Assembly: GCA_030592645.1 (NCBI GenBank)
Contig: JAUVIR010000002.1
Location: 8,065-72,064, forward strand
From: Candidatus Fermentibacterota bacterium
Lineage (GTDB): Bacteria > Fermentibacterota > Fermentibacteria > Fermentibacterales > JCC-6
DNA: 64,000 bases
Direction: 5' to 3'
In this document: in pieces, positions 37,032-45,230 of the stretch
Numbering within the stretch: position 1 is the stretch's first letter
Layout: each line of letters opens with the position of its first letter
Notes under the pieces: generated by a model
What the model was told of the DNA's origin: nothing
Databases searched by the model: none
Seen by the model: the letters and a program-made list of their open reading frames with translations, nothing else
Position numbers and translations under genes: made by a program

Positions 37032-38215
37032 TGGGTAAAACGATAATACCTATTGGTCCTTATCACCCTTTGCAGGAAGAGCCGGAATTCTTCACTCTTA
37101 CCGTTGAGGGCGAGACTGTTGTTGATATTGATGTAAGAATAGGATACAACCACAGAGGTATTGAGAAGCTGTCGGAGATGAAAACCTTCGAGAACAGCAC
37201 CTTCGTGGTGGAGAGAATTTGCGGTATCTGTTCCACAAGCCATCCGTACGCATATACGAGAGCTGTTGAAGATATCTTTCCCATGGAAGTATCCATGAGA
37301 TCAAAATACATCAGGACGATCATTGCCGAGGGGGAAAGAATTCATTCCCATCTTCTCTGGCTTGGTCTTGCCGGTCATTTCCTGGGTTACAACACAGTTT
37401 ATATGTGGGCCTGGAAACTCCGCGAGGAAATACTTGATGTCATGGAGATACTGTCCGGAAACCGAAACAATTACGCCATGTTCAAACCGGGCGGAGTCCG
37501 CAGAGACATTAATGCTGAGGATATTCCGATATGCATCAAGAAGATCGATTCCATTCTCCCCACACTTAATATGCTGAAGAAAGCCGTTCTTGATGATCCT
37601 GTGCTTCATGCAAGACTCAAGGGTGTCGGCGTTCTGAGCTATCAGGATGCCATTGATTTCAGTGCGCTGGGGCCAACATCCAGAGCTTCCGGTGTAGCCC
37701 GTGACGTCAGGAAGGATTCTCCCTACGGAGCATACCAGGAGATGGAATGGGACATGATCGTAACAAAGAACGGTGATGTTTTCGATAAAGCTGTTGTTCG
37801 CATACTTGAGATGTTTGAAACGGCAAAGATAATGAAGTACTGTCTCAATAATCTCCCGGACGGCGAGATAGACGCTAAGATAAAGGATATTCCTCCCGGT
37901 GAGGGGATAGGCCACATAGAGGCTCCAAGAGGAGAGACTTTCCACTACGTGAAAAGCGATGGGACGAACAGACCTATGCGGCACAAGGTGCGGGCTCCGA
38001 CATTCATGAACTTTCCCACCTACAAGGCAACCGTGAAGGGGCAGACTATTTCAGATGCAACTATAATCCTTGCCGCAATCGATCCCTGTTACTGCTGTAC
38101 TGAAAGAATAGCCGTGAAGGATGTTAAGGGCAGGATGCTCTATGACGGACAGGATCTTATCAGGCTCAGCCGCGAGAAGACCGAGAAGATGAAACAGAGG
38201 ATGGGGGTCAGATGA
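37031..38215 (+). CDS. [NiFe] hydrogenase large (catalytic) subunit, NuoD/HycE/MbhL family
   Basis: N-terminal RICGICSTSH (RxCGxCxxxH) and C-terminal DPCYCCTER (DPCxxCxxR) NiFe-ligand motifs both present. Confidence 0.85.
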   Translation: MGKTIIPIGPYHPLQEEPEFFTLTVEGETVVDIDVRIGYNHRGIEKLSEMKTFENSTFVVERICGICSTSHPYAYTRAVEDIFPMEVSMRSKYIRTIIAEGERIHSHLLWLGLAGHFLGYNTVYMWAWKLREEILDVMEILSGNRNNYAMFKPGGVRRDINAEDIPICIKKIDSILPTLNMLKKAVLDDPVLHARLKGVGVLSYQDAIDFSALGPTSRASGVARDVRKDSPYGAYQEMEWDMIVTKNGDVFDKAVVRILEMFETAKIMKYCLNNLPDGEIDAKIKDIPPGEGIGHIEAPRGETFHYVKSDGTNRPMRHKVRAPTFMNFPTYKATVKGQTISDATIILAAIDPCYCCTERIAVKDVKGRMLYDGQDLIRLSREKTEKMKQRMGVR

Positions 38216-39915
38216 GCTTTAATCTGATAATAGACGCCCTTAAGAACCCGAACGGCTTTTTCGCCAGTAATCCTTTGTCGCTTCTCTGTGCGGCATTTGC
38301 TACACTTTTCTTTGTCCTGATCGTAGTTTATTCTCTGAAACACATGAAAGGCCGCAAGGGTGTATGGCGCTATTACATATACACCATCGCAACATATGTC
38401 AGCTCCCTCGGTGTGCTGTTCGCGGCTAATTTCCTGATTCTGCTGATATTCTGGGGATTGCTTGGTCTTCTTCTTTACCTGTTGATAGCATTCGGGCGTA
38501 AGGAGGGTACTCCGGCGACTGCAAGGAAGGCTCTGATAATTGTTGGCGCTACAGATGTCCTGCTGCTCTTCGGTATTGTTCTTGTCTGGAAAATAACTGC
38601 AGGTTCTTCAGGATTACAGGGTCTTTTTCATATGCCGATCACTGGAATGGGTATACCGCTTTCGGGAACTGCATCGATTATCGCGTACCTCTGTTTCGCT
38701 TCGGCGGCGTTTGCCAAAGCCGGAGCCATGCCGTTCCATACATGGGTTCCAGATACTGCTGAGAACGCTCCAACTCCGGTGACTGCTTTTCTCCCCGCTT
38801 CGCTGGATAAACTCCTTGGAATCTATTTACTAGCAAGAGTCACCCTTGATGTTTTCCAGATGACCCCGACGATGAACACGATACTTATGGCTATAGGCAG
38901 CATCACTATTGTTGCTGCAGTTATGATGGCTCTTATTCAGCATGATCTGAAGAGACTGCTTGGTTATCATGCTGTAAGTCAGGTTGGTTACATGGTTCTG
39001 GGGATAGGTACTGGAAACCCCATAGGAATAGCTGGCGGTCTTTTTCATATGTTCAACCACTCCATCTACAAATCCTGCCTTTTCCTTGCAGGAGGAGCTG
39101 CAGAAAGGAAAGCCGGTACCGGTAATCTGGCACAGATGGGGGGACTTGTTAAAGCGATTCCTCTCGTATTTGTGACATTCCTTATCGCTTCACTGGCGAT
39201 TTCAGGAGTACCTCCGATGAATGGCTTTGCTTCGAAATGGCTCATATATCAAGGCGTTATAACATCTGGCGATTCGTTATGGGTTCTCTGGCTCATCGCT
39301 GCCATGCTGGGCAGCGCCCTGACTCTTGCCAGTTTTATGAAACTTATCCATGCAGTTTTCCTTGGGCAGCCTTCCGAAGGTGTGAAGAAAATTCTTGCTG
39401 ACAAGAAAGGAAAGAGAACAGCTTTATCAACCGCAATCCCGCTTGTTGTCCTTTCCACTCTGTGTGTTGGTATTGGTGTGTTTGCCTGGAAGATTCCATT
39501 TGGTCAGCTGTTCCGTCCTGAGTTAAGCGGTCCGGTTGATTCACCAGGTATCTGGCAATCCGGAACAGCAACACTCATGCTTATTGCGGGGCTGGTAATC
39601 GGTTATCTCATATACCTTGCAGGAACCTTGAAGAAAGCCAGAGTAGTGGCGCCTTTTGTGGGCGGTGAAACTCTGGAAGATAACCCGGACATGAGGGTAT
39701 CAGGTGTGAATTTCTACATGACCATCAAGGAGCTGGGCCTTCTCAAGGGTATCTACCGCTGGGCAGAAAAGAAATTATTCGACCTGTATGTTGTTGCCGG
39801 AAAGATATTTGCCGGTTTCGGTATACTTTTCTCTTTCATGCATAACGGCATATTGTCCAGATATTTCCTCTGGTTTATTGTCGGGCTTGTCGTACTATGC
39901 ATAGTGCTGATCTGA
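38212..39915 (+). CDS. MrpA/NuoL-like proton-pumping antiporter subunit
   Basis: Polytopic membrane protein with NuoL/MrpA-family motifs (WVPDTAENAPTPV, HMFNHSIYKS). Confidence 0.75.
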   Translation: MSFNLIIDALKNPNGFFASNPLSLLCAAFATLFFVLIVVYSLKHMKGRKGVWRYYIYTIATYVSSLGVLFAANFLILLIFWGLLGLLLYLLIAFGRKEGTPATARKALIIVGATDVLLLFGIVLVWKITAGSSGLQGLFHMPITGMGIPLSGTASIIAYLCFASAAFAKAGAMPFHTWVPDTAENAPTPVTAFLPASLDKLLGIYLLARVTLDVFQMTPTMNTILMAIGSITIVAAVMMALIQHDLKRLLGYHAVSQVGYMVLGIGTGNPIGIAGGLFHMFNHSIYKSCLFLAGGAAERKAGTGNLAQMGGLVKAIPLVFVTFLIASLAISGVPPMNGFASKWLIYQGVITSGDSLWVLWLIAAMLGSALTLASFMKLIHAVFLGQPSEGVKKILADKKGKRTALSTAIPLVVLSTLCVGIGVFAWKIPFGQLFRPELSGPVDSPGIWQSGTATLMLIAGLVIGYLIYLAGTLKKARVVAPFVGGETLEDNPDMRVSGVNFYMTIKELGLLKGIYRWAEKKLFDLYVVAGKIFAGFGILFSFMHNGILSRYFLWFIVGLVVLCIVLI

Positions 39916-39928
39916 TTGGGCTGAGAAT

Positions 39929-40477
39929 ATGATTGAATTATACGTACTTCTGGGTCTGATGATCGCTGGAGCGATAATAGCGATAGAGGTCAGGAACCTT
40001 CTGTCAGCCGTTGTAGCCGTAGGTATCGTAGGGCTCGCACTATCCATCATTTTCCTCCTTCTGAAAGCACCGGATGTGGCCCTTACCCAGATCGTTGTCG
40101 AAATAGTCGCAGTAATTTTGCTGATAAGAGCGACCTTGCACAGGGAGATAGCTCAGAAATCCTGTGGAACCCGGCCTTTCGGAGCTTTCATGGGAATTCT
40201 TTTCCTGGGACTTGCCGTTGTAGCGGCGATTGTAACTTTCAGCAGCGGTCTTTCTCCCTTCGGAGAACCTCTCATGACCGTTTCACGGTTCTATCCACTG
40301 AATGCCATAGCGGGAACCGGGGCTACGAATGTCGTGTCCTCCATCATTCTCGATTATCGCGCCTATGATACCCTTGGAGAGGCTACTGTTCTATTCACCG
40401 CTGTAATTGGCGTACTGACAGTGATGCGAAGTGTAGGGAAGAAAAAAGAGGAAGATTTGCAGGAGAACCATGAGTAA
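39929..40477 (+). CDS. MrpA C-terminal-domain-like (DUF4040 / MbhD-like) membrane subunit
   Basis: Small hydrophobic protein at the position and with the hydrophobicity of the MrpA C-terminal region. Confidence 0.55.
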   Translation: MIELYVLLGLMIAGAIIAIEVRNLLSAVVAVGIVGLALSIIFLLLKAPDVALTQIVVEIVAVILLIRATLHREIAQKSCGTRPFGAFMGILFLGLAVVAAIVTFSSGLSPFGEPLMTVSRFYPLNAIAGTGATNVVSSIILDYRAYDTLGEATVLFTAVIGVLTVMRSVGKKKEEDLQENHE

Positions 40478-40925
40478 AGAACACGATCGCGGAATGTCTG
40501 TCATAGTAAAAACGGTCACGAGGCTTACCGTTGGTCTGATACTTCTTTATGGGATCTACATTATTCTGCATGGGCATCTTACACCGGGCGGCGGATTCGC
40601 TGGAGGGGTTATCATAGCCCTGGCTTTTATAAATCTTGACCTGGCTTTCGGAGGCAGCGCTGCAGCGAAGATATTCTCAAAGAGAAACACTGGTCTTGTC
40701 GAGGCGCTGGGAGCTGTAATGTTCCTTACTCTGGCTCTATTAGGTATGAAATACGGAGGGTTCTTCGATAACTTCCTCCATCCGGATGGAAATCCGGGAC
40801 AGCTTGTCAGTGCCGGAATAATTCCTCTCGAAAACATCGCCATCAGCCTTAAAGTGGGTGCCGGTCTGTTTGGAATATTCCTTACCCTGATAGTTCTTCA
40901 GAAATTTGAATCGGAGAAGAAGTGA
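40470..40925 (+). CDS. MrpB/MnhB-like antiporter subunit
   Basis: GHLTPGGGFAGGVI motif typical of MnhB. Confidence 0.65.
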   Translation: MSKEHDRGMSVIVKTVTRLTVGLILLYGIYIILHGHLTPGGGFAGGVIIALAFINLDLAFGGSAAAKIFSKRNTGLVEALGAVMFLTLALLGMKYGGFFDNFLHPDGNPGQLVSAGIIPLENIAISLKVGAGLFGIFLTLIVLQKFESEKK

Positions 40926-41278
40926 TGAATGCGTATATGCCCTATGTACTCTGCATGATACTCTTCAGCATCGGTATCTACGCGATCCTTTCAAAACGGA
41001 ACATAATTAAGATCATACTGGGAGTAGTGATAGCGGAGTACGCTGTGAACCTTTTTCTTGTTCTTGTTGCCTACAAGGTTGGAGGGAGATCGGCAATTTT
41101 CTCTGAAACACAGGTTATTCTTCCCGAATCGATGGTTGATCCGCTTCCACACGCTCTTGTACTTACATCAATTGTGATCGGGCTCGCCACTACGGCTTTT
41201 CTTATCGCACTTGCAATAAGACTGTACGGTAAATATGGAACCTTTGACATAACAAGAATGCGGGAGTTAAGAGGATGA
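40922..41278 (+). CDS. MrpC/MnhC / NuoK-like subunit
   Basis: 118-aa three-helix membrane protein. NuoK/MnhC-like. Confidence 0.65.
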   Translation: MMNAYMPYVLCMILFSIGIYAILSKRNIIKIILGVVIAEYAVNLFLVLVAYKVGGRSAIFSETQVILPESMVDPLPHALVLTSIVIGLATTAFLIALAIRLYGKYGTFDITRMRELRG

Positions 41279-42774
41279 TAAGTGCAGGCATTGTACCGCT
41301 TTTTGTAGCGATCCCGCTTGCGGGGGCTTTCTTGATCGCTCTGTTTAAGAAAATAAAGGGAATTCCTGATATATTCGGGGTTTTTGCTTCCGGAAGCATG
41401 TTTATCCTTTCCATTCTCTTCCTACTGAAGATGGAGATCACTCAGAGGATAGTCTATAACATCGGCAACTGGGGCGGATTCAACGAAGTACTCGGAAAAA
41501 TTGTGGGAATTCAGCTCGTGATCGATGGGCTGACCATATTCATGCTCCTGATAGTGAATTTTGTCGCATTCATTGTTGCTGTGTATTCGGTTAATTACAT
41601 GACCAGATACACTCAGAAATGGCAGTTCTACTGCCTGTTCCTCCTCATGCTTGCCGGGATGAATGGTGTTTTGATCACCGGTGATCTGTTCAACCTTTTT
41701 GTATTCGTTGAGATAGCATCCCTTGCAAGCTATGCGCTGGTTGCATTCGGTACCGAGAAACGTGAACTCGAAGCCTCATTCAAGTACGCTGTTATGGGTG
41801 GCGTAGCTTCACTCCTGATCCTGATGGGAGTGGTATTCCTGTACAGCTATACCGGCACACTGAATATGGCCAATATGGCAGAAATCATGTCTGGTTCGGA
41901 GCAGCCTGCCCTGATATATCTTGTATTCGGGCTCTTCCTGACAGGGTTCGGGCTGAAAGCCGCTATGGTTCCGTTCCATGCCTGGCTTCCTGATGCTCAT
42001 CCTTCAGCTCCGGCTCCGATTTCGGCAATGCTGTCCGGTGTATTGATTAAAACCCTGGGAGTGTATGCAATAGCCAGGGTATTCTTCACCATTTTCGGAT
42101 TTCCCCATCAGATCTCGATCATCCTGATGACACTCGGAGCCATGTCAATGGGGGTAGGTGCCCTTGTAGCACTGAGGCAGTGGGATATGAAGAGGCTGCT
42201 TGCCTACAGCTCGATAAGCCAGATAGGTTACATAATGCTCGGATTGGGCATCGGTACACCTCTTGGAATACTGGGAGCCCTGTTTCACCTGTTCAACCAT
42301 TCAATATTCAAATCCCTTCTATTTCTTGATTCGGGAGCCGTTGAATACGCCGCCGGAACAAGGGATTTAAAAGAAATGGGCGGGCTTTCAAGAAAACTTC
42401 CGGTAACCAGCGGGTCCACACTTGCCGGAGCCATGTCACTGGCCGGTATTCCTCCATTCGCGGGTTTCTGGAGCAAACTGATCATCATAATTGCCGCTGT
42501 AGAAGCGAACCACATGAAACTCGCCGCGTGGGCAGTCCTCATGAGCATTGTAACGATTGCCTACATTCTCAAGGTAACAAGATTCGCGTTTCTTGGTGCC
42601 CTCAAAGATAGATTCGTGAATATCAAAGAGGTACCTGTACTCATGAGGATATCACTTGTATTGCTTGCTCTGATCTGCATATTCGGCGGGTTGCTTCTCA
42701 TTCCCGAAGCGAGGGCTGCATTCCTGGAGCCCGCAGTCAGAGTGCTGATTTCCGGAATGGGCGGGGGGGTGTAG
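41275..42774 (+). CDS. MrpD / NuoM-NuoN-like second antiporter subunit
   Basis: HAWLPDAHPSAPAPISA and HLFNHSIFKS motifs of the proton-translocating NuoL/M/N superfamily. 499 aa. Confidence 0.75.
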   Translation: MISAGIVPLFVAIPLAGAFLIALFKKIKGIPDIFGVFASGSMFILSILFLLKMEITQRIVYNIGNWGGFNEVLGKIVGIQLVIDGLTIFMLLIVNFVAFIVAVYSVNYMTRYTQKWQFYCLFLLMLAGMNGVLITGDLFNLFVFVEIASLASYALVAFGTEKRELEASFKYAVMGGVASLLILMGVVFLYSYTGTLNMANMAEIMSGSEQPALIYLVFGLFLTGFGLKAAMVPFHAWLPDAHPSAPAPISAMLSGVLIKTLGVYAIARVFFTIFGFPHQISIILMTLGAMSMGVGALVALRQWDMKRLLAYSSISQIGYIMLGLGIGTPLGILGALFHLFNHSIFKSLLFLDSGAVEYAAGTRDLKEMGGLSRKLPVTSGSTLAGAMSLAGIPPFAGFWSKLIIIIAAVEANHMKLAAWAVLMSIVTIAYILKVTRFAFLGALKDRFVNIKEVPVLMRISLVLLALICIFGGLLLIPEARAAFLEPAVRVLISGMGGGV

Positions 42775-42777
42775 GTC

Positions 42778-43290
42778 ATGAAGAGTAGAATCCTGATGTT
42801 CACATTCGCTTTCGCAGTATGGTGCATTCTCTGCTGGGTGCCGGACACGCAGCATCTGATAGCCGGAGCCGTAGTAGCGCTGATAGTCGCTGCCATTATG
42901 GGTTCGATGTTCGTCACCAGGCCGCATATGCTTTTCAATCCTATCAGGGTTTTCTATTTCCTGTTCTGGTACATTCCGATCTTCATCTGGGAGCTTATTA
43001 GAGCCAATTTCGATGTTGCTTACCGTGTGATTCATCCATCTATGCCCATCAAGCCCGGTATTGTAAGGCTGAAAACTGAACTTAAATCCGACACGGGGCT
43101 CACTTTTCTGGCAAACTCCATAACACTGACCCCCGGTACACTTACGGTTGATATAAATAAGGACGACGGTATTCTGTACATACACTGGATCAATGTTGTG
43201 GGGTCAGACCCCGAGACAACATACCGGGAGATCGGCAGCAGATTCGAACCGATGTTGAAGAAGATTTTCGAAGAAGATGTGGTAAAATAA
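42778..43290 (+). CDS. MrpE/MnhE-like subunit
   Basis: Size, two N-terminal transmembrane helices and position after mrpD. Confidence 0.55.
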   Translation: MKSRILMFTFAFAVWCILCWVPDTQHLIAGAVVALIVAAIMGSMFVTRPHMLFNPIRVFYFLFWYIPIFIWELIRANFDVAYRVIHPSMPIKPGIVRLKTELKSDTGLTFLANSITLTPGTLTVDINKDDGILYIHWINVVGSDPETTYREIGSRFEPMLKKIFEEDVVK

Positions 43291-43661
43291 TGAAGTTAGT
43301 GAGATGGATTTCTGGAACAGTAGTACTGCTTGCAATTATTATCCTTATTATCGTGCTTCCATTCAGAAGTATGTTTTTCTCGCAGGATGCAGCGCATATC
43401 GGTTTTGTCGGCAGGGTTATATACATACTGATACTCTCTTCGGTACTGATCCTGTTCAGGGTTTTAAAAGGCCCGACTGCCGCAGACAGGATTGTTGCCA
43501 TTGACATTTTCGGCATACTGATCGTTGGTCTCTGCGCGGTACTCGGCATTGCAACAGGCCGTTCATGGTACATTGACATCGGCATCGCCTGGGGGCTTCA
43601 GAGCTTCATCGGCACACTGGCTCTTGCCAAGTATCTGGAGGGAAGAAGCTTCGATGATTGA
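43290..43661 (+). CDS. MrpF/MnhF-like subunit
   Basis: Small 3-helix membrane protein between the mrpE-like and mrpG-like genes. Confidence 0.5.
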   Translation: MKLVRWISGTVVLLAIIILIIVLPFRSMFFSQDAAHIGFVGRVIYILILSSVLILFRVLKGPTAADRIVAIDIFGILIVGLCAVLGIATGRSWYIDIGIAWGLQSFIGTLALAKYLEGRSFDD

Positions 43662-43992
43662 TATAATCGGAATGATATTCGTTGGAACAGGGTTGGCATT
43701 TGATGTTCTTGGCTGTCTAGGTCTTGTAAGGCTTCCGGATGTCTACAACAGGCTGCAGGCCGCTACGAAATGTGTAACCCTCGGTACGTGCAGTATTCTT
43801 TTCGGGACGTTCCTGATGTCCGGCGGATTTACCCCGACAGGTTTTAAAGCTCTGATAGCAATAGTATTCCTTGTTCTCGCATCACCTGTAGCGGCACACG
43901 CCATTTCGCGCGGGGCGCACAGAGCTGGTATCAAACTCTGGGACAAGAGTGTAGTGGACAGTTATGCAGAAGATAGAGAAGGAGAAGCTTAA
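43654..43992 (+). CDS. MrpG/MnhG-like subunit
   Basis: MIDIIGMIFVGTGLAFDVLGCLGLVRLPDVYNRLQAATK matches MnhG/PhaG. ATGATTGA overlap with the upstream gene. The ORF-track start at 43525 is too long. Confidence 0.65.
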   Translation: MIDIIGMIFVGTGLAFDVLGCLGLVRLPDVYNRLQAATKCVTLGTCSILFGTFLMSGGFTPTGFKALIAIVFLVLASPVAAHAISRGAHRAGIKLWDKSVVDSYAEDREGEA

Positions 43993-44001
43993 AATAGCGG
44001 G

Positions 44002-44646
44002 TTGCGCAAGCGATACGTTACGGATGGAAATATGAAATATCCAAAGATCAGAGAAATTGTAGAAGCAGTCAAAGCAGTTGTCAAGGGACCATACACATCT
44101 AAATTCCCTGCGGAACCGCATATAGCGCACCCAAATTTCAGAGGGCAGCCGGTATTCGACCAGGATAAGTGTCTTGGATGCCTTGCCTGCGAGGAGTGCT
44201 GTCCTTCGGAAGCCATTACACATGAAGACATCCTTGAAGGCCCCGGTGCTCCGAAAAGAGTGATGATCCATCATACGGATGACTGCATCTATTGCGGGGT
44301 CTGCGTTGATGCCTGCATAAGAGAGACCGGTGATACCGGAATAGTGCAGACCAACGACTGGAATCTGGCATACTTCGACCGCAGCAAGGCTTTCGAGACT
44401 ATAGAGAAAGATCTGCAGCTCTGCGAGGTATGCGGTGTCATTATCGGTACGAAAGATCATCTGGTATGGATCGCTGAAAAATTGGGCGAGCTCTCGTTCT
44501 CAAATCCTACGCTTTACCTCTCAAGGCTTAGAAAACTCGGCCTTGCGGATGATAACATTCAGGCTGTACTGGAAGACAACGGCCGCTCCGACAGGGTTAA
44601 GATCCTCTGCGCTGAATGCAGGCGCAAAACCACCCTCTACGAGTAG
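44002..44646 (+). CDS. NuoI/MbhN-like 2 x [4Fe-4S] ferredoxin subunit
   Basis: CLGCLACEECCP and CIYCGVCVDAC motifs. A second CEVCG...C cluster region near the C-terminus. Confidence 0.7.
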   Translation: MRKRYVTDGNMKYPKIREIVEAVKAVVKGPYTSKFPAEPHIAHPNFRGQPVFDQDKCLGCLACEECCPSEAITHEDILEGPGAPKRVMIHHTDDCIYCGVCVDACIRETGDTGIVQTNDWNLAYFDRSKAFETIEKDLQLCEVCGVIIGTKDHLVWIAEKLGELSFSNPTLYLSRLRKLGLADDNIQAVLEDNGRSDRVKILCAECRRKTTLYE

Positions 44647-44661
44647 AAGCCTAAGCAAATT

Positions 44662-44735
44662 GGGGCCGGGCCTAACATCTAAACATTCATTACCAGTTTA
44701 TCAAAAAGAAATGTTTAGATGTTAGGCCCGGCCCC
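44662..44735. repeat. Palindromic element, copy 3: 26-bp perfect inverted repeat with 22-nt loop (GGGGCCGGGCCTAACATCTAAACATT ... AATGTTTAGATGTTAGGCCCGGCCCC)
   Basis: Arms 44662-44687 and 44710-44735 are exact reverse complements. Same GGGGCCGGGC base as copies 1 and 2. Lies in the 124-bp gap between the NuoI-like gene and hycI. Confidence 0.85.
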
Positions 44736-44770
44736 TGATTCATTATGCCAAAATTCAAGATACGACCCCA

Positions 44771-45229
44771 ATGACACTTAAAGATAAACTGGCTTCTTGC
44801 TTAGAGGGCAAAGTGGTTTACATGGGTATCGGTAATATTCTCAGGGGGGATGACGGTATCGGTCCCGAACTGGTGGCCAGATTGTCCGAGAAAGGTCTGT
44901 GCACAGTGGACGCCGGAACGGCTCCGGAGAATTATATACGTCCGGTCGCCAGGTTCGAACCTGACACGATAGTCATAGTTGATGCTGTTCATCTGGACAG
45001 GGAACCCGGATCTGTTGAACTGCTTGACCGCAGTGAGATATTGGAAAATACGGGTTTTACGACCCATACCCTCTCACCAGTGCTTGTCATGGAAAGACTT
45101 GAGGATGAAACAGGGGCCAGGGTGGTCATGCTTGCAATTCAACCCGGGACTCTTGAGTTCGGCGCGTCATTGTCTCCCGAAGTAGACCGCCTGCTTGATA
45201 TACTGCCGGATCTGCTGACCCTGGAGTAA
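44771..45229 (+). CDS. hycI: Hydrogenase maturation endopeptidase (HycI/HybD family)
   Basis: VYMGIGNILRGDDGIGPELV and downstream His region of the aspartic endopeptidase family. 152 aa. Confidence 0.8.
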   Translation: MTLKDKLASCLEGKVVYMGIGNILRGDDGIGPELVARLSEKGLCTVDAGTAPENYIRPVARFEPDTIVIVDAVHLDREPGSVELLDRSEILENTGFTTHTLSPVLVMERLEDETGARVVMLAIQPGTLEFGASLSPEVDRLLDILPDLLTLE

Positions 45230-45230
45230 T

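Noticed and set aside
37301-37984. 227-aa minus-strand ORF inside the NiFe large-subunit gene. Similar long antisense ORFs lie at 32987-33565, 43882-44460, 50859-51257, 56785-57003 and 63067-63735.
   Set aside because: They lie entirely antisense to genes with strong, motif-supported coding assignments. They show no recognisable domains, and their length is explained by the GC-rich, stop-poor reverse frames. Treated as spurious.
30772-44735. Palindromic elements as integron attC sites or CRISPR repeats
   Set aside because: attC sites are imperfect, have extrahelical bases and R/L box cores (GTTRRRY), and cluster downstream of intI. These are perfect stems with a G-rich clamp and no integrase nearby. 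They are not arrayed with spacers, so they are not CRISPR.
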